Source: an uncultured Methanosarcinales archaeon
GTDB taxonomy: Archaea > Nanobdellota > Nanobdellia > Woesearchaeales > CAYZNE01
Length of the DNA stretch: 64,000 nucleotides
Direction: 5' to 3'
NCBI GenBank assembly: GCA_964405295.1
Contig: CAYONI010000003.1
Coordinates: forward strand, 5,159 to 69,158
Below, one piece after another: positions 9,380 through 18,034 of this stretch; position 1 is the first letter of the stretch; each line of letters begins with the position of its first letter. Position numbers and translations under genes: made by a program. The notes beneath the pieces were generated by a model, which did no database searches, was not told where the DNA came from, and saw only the letters and a program-made list of their open reading frames with translations.

Positions 9380-9880
9380 TTAATCTGTTTTTCTTCCTAA
9401 TCCTCGACCAACTCTTTGACCTCTACCTCGACCAGTTCTTGGACCATTACCTTGTCCGTTCCTTGGGCCTCGAGCCATTCCTTGTCTTGGTTGATCTGAT
9501 TCATAACCAGGTTTATCATTTCCATTACAATAACCTAGTCCTCTTCCTGTCTTTGGACCTTTTCCTTCTGGTCCAGTTTTATCTCCTTTGGGCATTTTAA
9601 ATGCACCTCCATGTATTTTTATGGCTTGACCATTTATTAGTGCTTGTGCAACTTTTTTTCTTGCACTTGCTAAATTTCTTTGAAATGTCGATTGATGCAC
9701 CTGCATTTTCTCTGCAGCGTCTGCTTGAGATAAATTTTCTATCTCACTCAATCTTAGACACTCCAATTCAACATAGGTTAATTCAGTTATACCAACCTCC
9801 CTCAACCTTACACCTTGTGGCTTAAAGTAAGTCACATCAGGCATAAATTCTATGTTTCTAAATCTTCTTGGTCTTGCCAT
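9380..9880 (-). CDS. DUF134 (UPF0251) sigma70-r4-like HTH DNA-binding protein fused to a DUF5320-like Gly/Arg-rich C-terminal tail
   Basis: N-terminus MARPRRFRNIEFMPDVTYFKPQG is the hallmark of DUF134. HTH region LSEIENLSQADAAEKMQVHQSTFQRNL. C-terminal segment MPKGDKTGPEGKGPKTGRGLGYCNGN...GRGRGQRVGRG resembles the stand-alone DUF5320 peptides (MPRGDGTGPMG...GRG..GYC) that are usually encoded next to DUF134 genes. Confidence 0.65.
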   Translation of the reverse strand: MARPRRFRNIEFMPDVTYFKPQGVRLREVGITELTYVELECLRLSEIENLSQADAAEKMQVHQSTFQRNLASARKKVAQALINGQAIKIHGGAFKMPKGDKTGPEGKGPKTGRGLGYCNGNDKPGYESDQPRQGMARGPRNGQGNGPRTGRGRGQRVGRGLGRKTD

Positions 9881-9898
9881 TATGCATTATAATGCATA
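9881..9898. promoter_or_regulatory. Perfect 18-bp palindrome TATGCATTATAATGCATA abutting the start codon of the DUF134 gene, downstream of a TATA-like box (plus-strand atatataaa at 9903-9911). Putative operator.
   Basis: Seen directly in the sequence. Its position between the TATA box and the start codon fits a repressor site on a leaderless or short-leader transcript. Confidence 0.45.
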
Positions 9899-9940
9899 AC
9901 TGATATATAAACTTTTTGATGTTATTGTGGGTTTTATGTA

Positions 9941-10066
9941 GAAAAAAGCCTCTGCCAAGAATTGCACTCGGGATCTTCTGCTTTCTTTAAAGTCCTTACT
10001 TTAAAGGACCAAAAACCGTGGTTTTTGTTTACGAGGCAGATGCATTAGCTACTATGCTACAGAGGC
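9941..10066 (-). ncRNA. GC-rich structured RNA-like element on the minus strand. It has closing stem GCCUCUG...CAGAGGC, nested hairpins and a 3' U6 tract. It is either the 3'UTR/terminator of the zinc-ribbon micro-ORF or a stand-alone sRNA.
   Basis: Local GC is far above background. Minus-strand read: GCCUCUG...AAAAACCacGGUUUUU...GUCCUUuaaaguAAGGAC...GGCAGAGGCUUUUUUC. Confidence 0.35.
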
Positions 10067-10082
10067 ATGAATAAAGAACAAT

Positions 10083-10238
10083 GAATTAACTTAATTTCGT
10101 CGTCAATTCTTCTTTTGAATTTGTTTTTTGACAGATAGGGCAAATAACTTTTTTCTTTTTACCACTACCAATAAAAGTACCAACTATCTTATCTAGAAAA
10201 GTAGTTTCAATCTTTGCATTACATATTGCACACTTCAT
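10083..10238 (-). CDS. Small zinc-ribbon protein (51 aa, two CxxC pairs). It is not in the ORF track because it is under 60 aa.
   Basis: Manual translation: MKCAICNAKIETTFLDKIVGTFIGSGKKKKVICPICQKTNSKEELTTKLS. ATG at 10238, stop TAA at 10083-10085. Confidence 0.45.
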
Positions 10239-10341
10239 ATTATGTAGATAATGTTGTTTTATTTAAAATGTTTTCTCTATCAGTTCAATCTCAACCAAAG
10301 TTATAATAAACTATATAAAAAAGTAAAGATTTAGATAACTT

Positions 10342-11001
10342 ATGGCAAGCAAAGATGAAAAATTCCTATTAGTTTCACTAAACGAAGATAAAGCTAAGAA
10401 ATTAGCCCAGATTATAAGCAATGATACCTGTAGAAAGATAATTGACCTTCTCACAGAAGGAGAAGCTACTGAAACAGAACTAGCTAAAAAGCTAAAAATT
10501 GCCATTTCGACAATTCACTATAATATTAGTCATCTTATGAAAGCAGAACTTGTTTTAGTTGATGAATTCCATTATTCTAAAAAAGGAAAAGAAATAAACC
10601 ATTACAAGCTTGCAAACAAGTATATAATTATTGCACCAAAACAGACTACAGGAATAAAAGAAGCACTAAGAAAGATTCTCCCTGTAGGATTAATCACAAT
10701 TGTTGGTGCAGCAGTTATTGAATTCTTCAATATGTTTACAATGCGTTCAAGTGCAACCTTTGGTGAGAGCGCAGCCAAAGCAATAAATACGCTTGCTACA
10801 GAACCTATGGCTGATTTAGCAGTTCAGGAAACTGCAGCTGCAGGAACCAGAGTAATGACCGATACAGCTACAGGTGTAGCTACAAACCCCTCTATTTGGC
10901 AACATTTATCAGTATGGTTCTTAATGGGGGGCTTAGCTGTGATTATACTATATTTACTGTTTGAAATAGCCAGAAACAGCAAGAAAGTAACTACTGATTA
11001 G
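10342..11001 (+). CDS. ArsR/SmtB-family wHTH transcriptional regulator with C-terminal transmembrane segments
   Basis: CRKIIDLLTEGEATETELAKKLKIAISTIHYNISHLMKAELV is an ArsR-type HTH. Two hydrophobic helices in the C-terminal half. Confidence 0.65.
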   Translation: MASKDEKFLLVSLNEDKAKKLAQIISNDTCRKIIDLLTEGEATETELAKKLKIAISTIHYNISHLMKAELVLVDEFHYSKKGKEINHYKLANKYIIIAPKQTTGIKEALRKILPVGLITIVGAAVIEFFNMFTMRSSATFGESAAKAINTLATEPMADLAVQETAAAGTRVMTDTATGVATNPSIWQHLSVWFLMGGLAVIILYLLFEIARNSKKVTTD

Positions 11002-11037
11002 TAAATATTTATAAATATTCTTTGACTTCTGAGCTTT

Positions 11038-11895
11038 ATGCCAAATACGATTAGAATAAAGGACATCCCTCTTCCAAATGGGGATAGAAAAGATCACAAT
11101 ATCCAAAAACCAAATGAATTAACCTTTGATTGGTTTATATTTGATAATATGGCAGATATAAAAGAAAAAATTATCAGATATTCTTCAGCAATTGCATTAC
11201 TTGACGAAATAACAAAGAATAGTAAAGAATATCTAGAGTTATTTATCGAACTAAAAAAAATAAAAAATAAAATCCCAAAAACCAATAAAGATTTTAATAA
11301 TTATCAACTGATGAGTTATATTAAAGACAGAACACGTAATTTTAATTTTAATACAAATATTTATACTGTAGAACAATGGGAGTTAAAACCGGCTGCACTA
11401 TTTGAACCAAATACCAACATAATCACTCTACATCTTGACGACAATTACGAGCTACAAAGGATTAAAAAAATATTTAATCTTAAAGACAAAACAAAAATGC
11501 TCCAATCACTTGACTTATTAGTTGTTAGTGCAACAGATTTATTGACTTATAATCAAAAACTTAATTCAGGGTATAGGCAATTTGAAGTTCTAAAATATAT
11601 CATTGAAAATACAGAAACCCCAATTTATCCTATTGTAGTTGATCAAAAACAAAAAAAATCTATAAAAAAATTATCCCCAATACTAAATGAACGAATAAAC
11701 ATCATAGATTACTATTCAGTCTCACAGGGAGTAGTAGATATAATAGCTATCCGCATAAAACAAAAAATACCAATCGGAAAGAAAAGAGGACTAACAGGGC
11801 ATAATCTTAAAAGATTAAGACTTGATGCAGAACAATTAACCTTAGAAACACTATTTACATACAGACTAAAAGAAAATCATCTTCGAACAGGATAA
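11038..11895 (+). CDS. Hypothetical protein
   Basis: 285-aa ORF. No motif recognised. Confidence 0.3.
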   Translation: MPNTIRIKDIPLPNGDRKDHNIQKPNELTFDWFIFDNMADIKEKIIRYSSAIALLDEITKNSKEYLELFIELKKIKNKIPKTNKDFNNYQLMSYIKDRTRNFNFNTNIYTVEQWELKPAALFEPNTNIITLHLDDNYELQRIKKIFNLKDKTKMLQSLDLLVVSATDLLTYNQKLNSGYRQFEVLKYIIENTETPIYPIVVDQKQKKSIKKLSPILNERINIIDYYSVSQGVVDIIAIRIKQKIPIGKKRGLTGHNLKRLRLDAEQLTLETLFTYRLKENHLRTG

Positions 11896-11900
11896 TAATA

Positions 11901-11983
11901 CGCCAAGGCCCAGATTTGAACTGGGAATAGCAAAAGCTACAAGATTTCCAGTCTTGCCGAGTACCAGGTTGTCGCACCTTGGC
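11901..11983 (-). tRNA. tRNA-Ser (anticodon GGA), 83 nt, long variable arm, no encoded CCA
   Basis: Minus-strand fold: acceptor GCCAAGG/CCTTGGC, 3-bp D stem with GG in the loop, anticodon stem CAAGA/TCTTG with loop CTGGAAA, variable arm TAGCttttGCTA, T arm CCCAG-TTCAAAT-CTGGG, discriminator G. Confidence 0.85.
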
Positions 11984-12123
11984 ATTATATTCAAAGATAA
12001 AATATGCTTTATAAAGATATTCCTTACCTAGAGAGAGTTTAAAAAGAAAACTTTTTAAAGCAAATTCTTTTCCTCTCAACTAATACTCATAGTTCAGAAT
12101 ATCTAATCTAGAGAGGATATAAA

Positions 12124-12354
12124 TTGGTAAAGAAAAAAGAAGAATCAAAAGAAAAACTAACAAAATTTGAAATTGCAAGACTAATTGGAAGTAGAGCTTT
12201 GCAAATATCAGAAGGAGCACCATTCTTGATGAAGTTTACTAAAAAAGAACTTGATAATATGAATTATGATATAATTGAAATCGCAAAAAAAGAATTTGAA
12301 GCAGGAGTTCTACCTATTGAAATAAAAAGAATTCTCCCGCATATGGATAAGTAA
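12124..12354 (+). CDS. rpoK: DNA-directed RNA polymerase subunit Rpo6/RpoK (omega-like)
   Basis: LTKFEIARLIGSRALQISEGAP matches the Rpo6/RPB6 core motif. TTG start in the track. Confidence 0.85.
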   Translation: MVKKKEESKEKLTKFEIARLIGSRALQISEGAPFLMKFTKKELDNMNYDIIEIAKKEFEAGVLPIEIKRILPHMDK

Positions 12355-12356
12355 AA

Positions 12357-13211
12357 ATGGCTAAACAAAGAAAAACAGCAAACGTAAAAGTTAAGAAAAA
12401 ACGATGGTACCCAATTCTTGCTTCAAAAGGATTTAATGAACAAATTCTTGGAGAATCATTTGTTTCAGAACCAGAAAAAATAAATGGAAAATTTGTAAGT
12501 GTTAATTTAAGTACAATTACAAAAAGTTTCAAGGACCAAAATATTAATCTTACTTTCAAAGTAGGCTCAGTTATTGATAACAAAGGACATACTGAATTAA
12601 TCAGCTATAAAATCCTATCAAGCTTTATTAAAAGATTTGTAAGAAGAGATAAATCTAAAATTGCAGATTCTTTTATTACAAAAGATAAATCAGGTAATTT
12701 ACTTAGAATAAAACCTTTAATAATTACTCACAATCTTGCAACAAAATCTCAAAAGACAGAGATAAGAAAAGCGGTAAAAGAGTTTACAAAAAATTATATT
12801 TCTAAAACAACTCTTGACTTGTTTATTAATGAACTTATTAGAAAAGATTTCCAAAAGAGATTAAAAAGAGTTCTTAAAAAAACAATGCCAATCAGATATG
12901 CAGAAATTAGACAAGTAGGGTATAATAGTGTTAAATTGTTAAGTCTAAAAGCAGAAAAGATTATTGATGAAGAAATTGTAGAAGAAATTAAAAAAGTTGA
13001 CGAAGCTGATGAAAAGATTGAAGATAAAGTAGTAGAAGCTAAGAAAGAGGAAGTCAAAAAAGAAACTCCTGAAATCAAAGTGGAAACTAAAGTTGTTGAA
13101 GAATCTAAAACTGAAACTCCTAAAGTTGAAATTGCAACTGAAGAACCTGTTTCTGAAGTTAAAGAAAAAGCTGAAACTCCTGAAATCAAAGAAGAGACTA
13201 AAAAAGCATAA
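12357..13211 (+). CDS. rps3ae: 30S ribosomal protein S3Ae (eS1) with a lysine/glutamate-rich repetitive C-terminal extension
   Basis: N-terminus KKKRWYPILASKGFNEQILGESF is characteristic of S3Ae. C-terminal ETPEIK(V/E)ETK repeats. Confidence 0.85.
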   Translation: MAKQRKTANVKVKKKRWYPILASKGFNEQILGESFVSEPEKINGKFVSVNLSTITKSFKDQNINLTFKVGSVIDNKGHTELISYKILSSFIKRFVRRDKSKIADSFITKDKSGNLLRIKPLIITHNLATKSQKTEIRKAVKEFTKNYISKTTLDLFINELIRKDFQKRLKRVLKKTMPIRYAEIRQVGYNSVKLLSLKAEKIIDEEIVEEIKKVDEADEKIEDKVVEAKKEEVKKETPEIKVETKVVEESKTETPKVEIATEEPVSEVKEKAETPEIKEETKKA

Positions 13212-13287
13212 TTCTTTTTTTTATTATTTTTATTTTACTATAAACTTTAAATAACTTCCATTTTTATTATTTTACTATTAAATATTT

Positions 13288-14121
13288 CTAAACGCCAAGA
13301 ACTAAACCTGGACTGAATAATAATACCATTCCAAGCAGAAGCATTATTGCTCCACCAATAAACTTAATTAAAGCCATTGTCTTCTTATTTATCTGCTTAC
13401 CATGAAAACTATAACCAAAAATAAGTATAACAATTGCTAAAGGCATAATATAAAATAAATTATACAATAATAAATATCCATAATATAGTAAGTTACTTTT
13501 CAGGAACATACCACTTAAAATTCCCGTATAAATTAAAGGAAATCCCGCAGTACAAGGCAACTCAACAAGAGATGCAAATATTGCAAGGACAATAGACGCA
13601 CCAATAAGTGTTCCTATTGAACCTTTCTTTAGCAATTGTGCAACATTAGCAATCTTTCTTTTTAATGGACCAACATTTTTATCTTGAACCATCAAAGTTA
13701 CTCCTTTTCTATAAAAGAAAAGCTCTTTACAATTTATTAAACCAGCAATTATTGCAATTGCTGCAATCCCAAACCTTAGTGGGTCTATAAACCCAATAAA
13801 TTTGAAAATATTCAACCACGCCACCATAAATAAGAAATAGAATACATAAACTACTGTGATAAAAGTGAACCCAACTACAAATATCTTTTTTCTTGAATGA
13901 GATTCTGCAAGCATCAAACTAATTAATAATGTTAGAACAAAAAGATTACAAGGATTAAAACCATCAACTATAGCAATTAAGAGTGTGAATAAAGGAAGCG
14001 GCATTTTTGCACCAAGAGATTGTAATGCGTCTGAAGAAATACCTTTTGTTAAAAAATAGAATAAAGCCAAAATAACTACAGTTATTGAAACAGCTAATAT
14101 TTTTTTATTTTTGTCTTTCAT
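13288..14121 (-). CDS. CcdA/DsbD-like thiol-disulfide transporter membrane protein
   Basis: Polytopic protein with two cysteine motifs in TM helices (DGFNPC and ELPCTAG). Adjacent to a periplasmic-type thioredoxin-like CxxC lipoprotein. Confidence 0.55.
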   Translation of the reverse strand: MKDKNKKILAVSITVVILALFYFLTKGISSDALQSLGAKMPLPLFTLLIAIVDGFNPCNLFVLTLLISLMLAESHSRKKIFVVGFTFITVVYVFYFLFMVAWLNIFKFIGFIDPLRFGIAAIAIIAGLINCKELFFYRKGVTLMVQDKNVGPLKRKIANVAQLLKKGSIGTLIGASIVLAIFASLVELPCTAGFPLIYTGILSGMFLKSNLLYYGYLLLYNLFYIMPLAIVILIFGYSFHGKQINKKTMALIKFIGGAIMLLLGMVLLFSPGLVLGV

Positions 14122-14124
14122 TGT

Positions 14125-14532
14125 TTACACCTGATTACTCAAGAAAATATCTAAGTTCTCAGTATAGGTTTGCTTTTCTCTGGCACCAACAAAATAATTA
14201 CATCCAAAGATAAATGTTGGAGTTCCTACAAGTTCAATGTTATATGTTTCATATTGTACCATATGTTCATCAATGGAAAGATCTAATATTATTGGTTCAA
14301 TATTCTTTTCTTCACAAGCATCAATGAAATCAGGAAGAGTTTCTTTACAATGGCTACAATACTTGGACTCAAACATAATCACTTGATCATTTAAGCCTCT
14401 GCTTCGACACTCCTCGGCTGTAAAAGAACCATCGCCATTAATAGTAACGATATTGGGATCTTTTTCAGCACAACCAGCTAGGGATACTAAAAGCAAAATA
14501 CAAATTCCGATAAATAATATTTTCTTTATCAT
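14125..14532 (-). CDS. Thioredoxin-fold thiol:disulfide oxidoreductase, lipoprotein-like, with a CxxC motif
   Basis: Signal peptide with LAGC lipobox-like cysteine. Redox motif YCSHCK. About 135 aa. Confidence 0.65.
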   Translation of the reverse strand: MIKKILFIGICILLLVSLAGCAEKDPNIVTINGDGSFTAEECRSRGLNDQVIMFESKYCSHCKETLPDFIDACEEKNIEPIILDLSIDEHMVQYETYNIELVGTPTFIFGCNYFVGAREKQTYTENLDIFLSNQV

Positions 14533-14550
14533 TTTAATATATTATTACAT

Positions 14551-14595
14551 AAAGTGAAACAACCCTTATATATATGTATCAGAAAGTGAAACAAC
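14551..14595. promoter_or_regulatory. Two direct copies of AAAGTGAAACAAC, spaced 32 bp and flanking a TATA-like tract, upstream of the thioredoxin/CcdA operon
   Basis: Exact 13-mers at 14551-14563 and 14583-14595. Confidence 0.35.
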
Positions 14596-14612
14596 ACTAC
14601 TTAAGAAGTTTA

Positions 14613-15173
14613 TTAATTATTATCTTCACAAAATAATGCCTGCAAATCTTTATTTAGAGAAAGCGTATTGGTCATACCAGATTGTTTTTTTAGTAGAATT
14701 CCTTTCTTTTCTAGAGAAGATATATTTCTAGATATTATAACCCTTGACAAACCAGTCTCCTTGTGAAGTTTAGATTGCAAAATAGAGCCACTATATTTTA
14801 TAATTAGTTTCATAATTACTCTTTCCTCAGTCCCTAAAAACTTTAATGTTGAAATTGCATCTTTGTGAACTTGGGTCTGAACATTTGTAATAGCCTTATC
14901 TCTTCTTTCGGACATAAAATAATACATTAGACTACCAACAAACAATCCAAACAAAGCAATAAGTATCAACGATACAACTACTGCCTGAGAATGAGTGCAG
15001 CTCATTTCACAAAGAACTTTCTTTTGAAGGTAATTTATTACAAAAAAGACAACTCCTGCAAACCCTGCAACTATACCAATTATAAGCCACAATCTTAGGA
15101 ATTTGTTCTGAAGTTTCTTCATAACCCAATTATAATAGTCTTTATTTATAAAAATTACCCTGTGTAAATCCAT
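14613..15173 (-). CDS. Membrane-anchored transcriptional regulator with a C-terminal wHTH. The likely ATG start is at 15173; the track extends to a GTG at 15194.
   Basis: N-terminal TM helices with CEMSCTHS. C-terminal region ETGLSRVIISRNISSLEKKGILLKK is a MarR/TrmB-like wHTH. Confidence 0.5.
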   Translation of the reverse strand: MDLHRVIFINKDYYNWVMKKLQNKFLRLWLIIGIVAGFAGVVFFVINYLQKKVLCEMSCTHSQAVVVSLILIALFGLFVGSLMYYFMSERRDKAITNVQTQVHKDAISTLKFLGTEERVIMKLIIKYSGSILQSKLHKETGLSRVIISRNISSLEKKGILLKKQSGMTNTLSLNKDLQALFCEDNN

Positions 15174-15184
15174 AATCTTTATAA

Positions 15185-15217
15185 AGTAAAGCACACTATA
15201 CGTATAGTATACTTTAC
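15185..15217. promoter_or_regulatory. Extended palindrome GTAAAGcacACTATACGTATAGTataCTTTAC with a 14-bp perfect core (15195-15208) between divergent regulator genes. Putative XRE-family operator.
   Basis: Seen directly. It lies in the 52-bp divergent intergenic region between the 14613-15173 and 15226-15423 genes. Confidence 0.45.
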
Positions 15218-15225
15218 ATCAAAAG

Positions 15226-15423
15226 ATGGCAATAAGAAAAAATAAACTAAAAGAATTCAGAGAAAAAGTGAATTTTAGCCAAGAAACTTTGGCCGATAAA
15301 GCAGATGTTACAAGACAAACAGTCATCTCAATAGAAAAAGGTAAATACACCCCTAGTTTAGAATTGGCATTAAAGTTTACAAAGATTTTCAAATGCAAAA
15401 TTGAGGACTTATTTGGATTATAG
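15226..15423 (+). CDS. XRE-family (Cro/C1-type) HTH transcriptional regulator
   Basis: FSQETLADKADVTRQTVISIEKGKYTPSLELALKFTKIF is a canonical HTH_3. Confidence 0.85.
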   Translation: MAIRKNKLKEFREKVNFSQETLADKADVTRQTVISIEKGKYTPSLELALKFTKIFKCKIEDLFGL

Positions 15424-15430
15424 GTAAAAA

Positions 15431-15835
15431 ATGGAATACAATTACAAAATAATATTATGGCACAAAGGAGTATTTGCTTTTATTATGATAGTTGCAGGAG
15501 TAATTATAGAACTAGCAACCACAAGCAAAGGAAATTTCTTTGGATTTAATTCAGTGGGGTCATATCTAATCTACATCGGAACAATATTCCTATTAATAAC
15601 TATAGGATATGCATTGTTTAAAAAAGAAAAAAAGATCGATGAAAGAGTAATGATGCATGGTTATAAAGCAGGAAAAATAACCTATGCCATATTGATTCTT
15701 ACCACATTTATCATAATGGTTATTGATGGAATAAAACCAATTAATATTCCTATGCACATGATGATGGCATATTTAATCATTGGAAGCACATTTATTTTAA
15801 TAATAAGTTTCTGGCTCATGGCCAAATATAATTAA
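15431..15835 (+). CDS. Small membrane protein (4 TM) co-transcribed with the XRE regulator
   Basis: Hydrophobic profile. XRE plus small membrane partner is a typical pair. Confidence 0.4.
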   Translation: MEYNYKIILWHKGVFAFIMIVAGVIIELATTSKGNFFGFNSVGSYLIYIGTIFLLITIGYALFKKEKKIDERVMMHGYKAGKITYAILILTTFIIMVIDGIKPINIPMHMMMAYLIIGSTFILIISFWLMAKYN

Positions 15836-15846
15836 AGGATAAAAAA

Positions 15847-16587
15847 ATGAAAGCTAAAAAAAAGGCAGTAATAAAAATCACCAATGTATCTAGAATCTTC
15901 CATGTTGGAGATAGTGAGGTTCATGCGCTTAAAGATTTAGATGTTGAAGTCCATGAAGGAGAGTTTGTTTCTATTATGGGACCTTCAGGTTCAGGAAAAT
16001 CTACTGCAGTAAATATGGTTGGGTGTTTAGACATACCAACAAAAGGACAGATTTATCTTGATGGAAAGAACATTGCAAATCTTGAAGAATCTGATCTAGC
16101 ACAGATTAGGGGTAAAAAGATTGGATTTATTTTTCAAAAGTTTAATCTTGTCTCAACACTTACTGCACTTGAGAATGTTGCGCTTCCAATGCTTTTCCAA
16201 GGTATGCCAACAGCAGAACGACAAAAGAAAGCAAGAGAATTACTGGAATTAGTAGGACTAGAAGACAGAGTTAATCATAGACCACCAGAATTATCAGGAG
16301 GACAACAACAGAGAGTTGCAATTGCAAGAGCTCTTGCAAATGATCCACAAGTTATTCTTGCAGATGAACCAACAGGAAACCTTGATTCAAAAACAGGAAT
16401 TAAAATTCTAGAATTTCTTGATAAACTTCACAGAGAAGGAAAAACAATTATTATGGTCACACACGATGCAGATTTAGCAAAGTACGCCGACAGGGTATTA
16501 TATCTGAAAGATGGCGCAATCGTAGAGAACAAAAAAATGAAAAATAATGTTAAAAACAAAGAACAAATTAAGAGGAGGCTAAAATGA
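15847..16587 (+). CDS. ABC transporter ATP-binding protein (MacB/LolD-like)
   Basis: Walker [10 protein letters not shown]. Signature [15 protein letters not shown]. Walker [12 protein letters not shown]. Confidence 0.9.
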   Translation: MKAKKKAVIKITNVSRIFHVGDSEVHALKDLDVEVHEGEFVSIMGPSGSGKSTAVNMVGCLDIPTKGQIYLDGKNIANLEESDLAQIRGKKIGFIFQKFNLVSTLTALENVALPMLFQGMPTAERQKKARELLELVGLEDRVNHRPPELSGGQQQRVAIARALANDPQVILADEPTGNLDSKTGIKILEFLDKLHREGKTIIMVTHDADLAKYADRVLYLKDGAIVENKKMKNNVKNKEQIKRRLK

Positions 16588-17945
16588 AAATAAAAAATAG
16601 TTTAATAGCAATTAGTATAATTATCAGTATTATATTGAGCATGGTACTTGTAAGTGCAACACCAACAGATGGGATTAGAATTAAGGTAACACTAGTTAAT
16701 CAAATTCCTGATCCTGTAGAACCAGGGGACTATGTTGATGTAAGATTCAGAGTTGAGAATACTGGAACAGACAGTATAGATAATATAAAGTTAGAACTCA
16801 TTCCAAGATATCCTTTTACAATATATGACAGCAGTGCAATAAAAGATCTTGGTTCAATAGATTCTTATCAAACAGGTGATGATGCATACATAATAAAGTA
16901 TCGACTTAAAGTTTCAGAAGCAGCAATCTCCGGAGATAATCCTATAAGCATCAGATATACTTTTGATGATTGGGATACAGTTTTTGAATTAAATGATTTT
17001 ATGATAAATGTAAATGAGTATCAACCTATTGTTGAATTGGTTTCTGCAACAACAATCCCTGAAGTGGCAGTTCCAGGTGAAGATATTGAGCTGAAATTAA
17101 AAGTTAAATCACTAACTAATGCAGATATTAGAGATGTAAAATTATCTCTTAATCTAGTAGATACAACAACAGTTACTTATTATTTTGCACCGATAGGAAG
17201 TACTAATGAAAAGATAATAGAAACAATAAACTCAGGTCAAGAAAAAGAAGTTGTTTTTACATTGGCAACTTCACCAGACACACCTATTGACGTTGAAAAG
17301 ATACCTATAACAATGACTTATCTTGATGATGAAGGTAATTCTTATTCAAAGAGTTATTTGATTGGTATAAAAACCTACGAGGAACCTGCATACATTCTTG
17401 CATTGGAAGATAAAACAATCTATAAAGAACTTCAGAAAGGAACAGTAACTTTTAGTATTGCAAATGTTGGTAAAGCAAGTCTTAACTATCTTAGTGTAGA
17501 ACTTGTTGATCAACCACTTTACTATAAGCTTCTTGGAACAAATAAAAACTATGTTGGAAATCTAGATAGTGATGATTTTGATACCGCAGAATTTGAAATT
17601 TATTCTGAAGATAGCGAAGCAAGTAAGCTTCCTTTGAAAATTAAATTAACATACAAAGATGACTATGGTAAATTATTCGAAGAAGAGCATGAAATAGAAG
17701 TAATGCTTTATGGTAAAAAAGATGCAATGAAGTATGGTCTTGAAGCACCTACAGGTACAAGCATGATTACTAATACCATATTATTAATTATTGTAACAGT
17801 ATTCTGGGTTTCAATGATAATGAACCTTGCAAAGAATAAAATGCCAAAGAGTAAAAAAATTCTATGGTGGATTCTAGTAATAGGAACATATGTTATTGGT
17901 GCGGTGCTTTACTACCTAATGGCGAGAGACAAGGGTAAGAAATAA
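16584..17945 (+). CDS. Secreted surface-domain protein (COG1361/CARDB-like) with a C-terminal TM anchor, accessory to the ABC/FtsX system
   Basis: Signal peptide, beta-rich repetitive body, C-terminal TM helix. Conserved position between the ABC ATPase and the FtsX-like permeases in archaeal loci. Confidence 0.45.
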   Translation: MKIKNSLIAISIIISIILSMVLVSATPTDGIRIKVTLVNQIPDPVEPGDYVDVRFRVENTGTDSIDNIKLELIPRYPFTIYDSSAIKDLGSIDSYQTGDDAYIIKYRLKVSEAAISGDNPISIRYTFDDWDTVFELNDFMINVNEYQPIVELVSATTIPEVAVPGEDIELKLKVKSLTNADIRDVKLSLNLVDTTTVTYYFAPIGSTNEKIIETINSGQEKEVVFTLATSPDTPIDVEKIPITMTYLDDEGNSYSKSYLIGIKTYEEPAYILALEDKTIYKELQKGTVTFSIANVGKASLNYLSVELVDQPLYYKLLGTNKNYVGNLDSDDFDTAEFEIYSEDSEASKLPLKIKLTYKDDYGKLFEEEHEIEVMLYGKKDAMKYGLEAPTGTSMITNTILLIIVTVFWVSMIMNLAKNKMPKSKKILWWILVIGTYVIGAVLYYLMARDKGKK

Positions 17946-17964
17946 TTACCTATTTTTTTCTTTT

Positions 17965-18009
17965 CCGATTTTTTCGGTGCCAATAAACATATAATGTTTA
18001 TTGAGCATT
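17965..18009 (-). repeat. Copy 1 (reverse orientation) of the dispersed 3'-end hairpin element: CCGAttttttCGG then GTGCCAATAAACAT-ata-ATGTTTATTGAGCATT
   Basis: See the finding. Immediately downstream of the 16584-17945 stop. Confidence 0.7.
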
Positions 18010-18034
18010 AGTTTTTATTATAATTATACAAAAA

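Noticed and set aside
12000-12123. Palindrome TTTAAAAAGaaaaCTTTTTAAA and repeated CTAGAGAG upstream of rpoK
   Set aside because: It is AT-only low-complexity sequence in a promoter region where such symmetry is expected by chance. Nothing distinguishes it from background.
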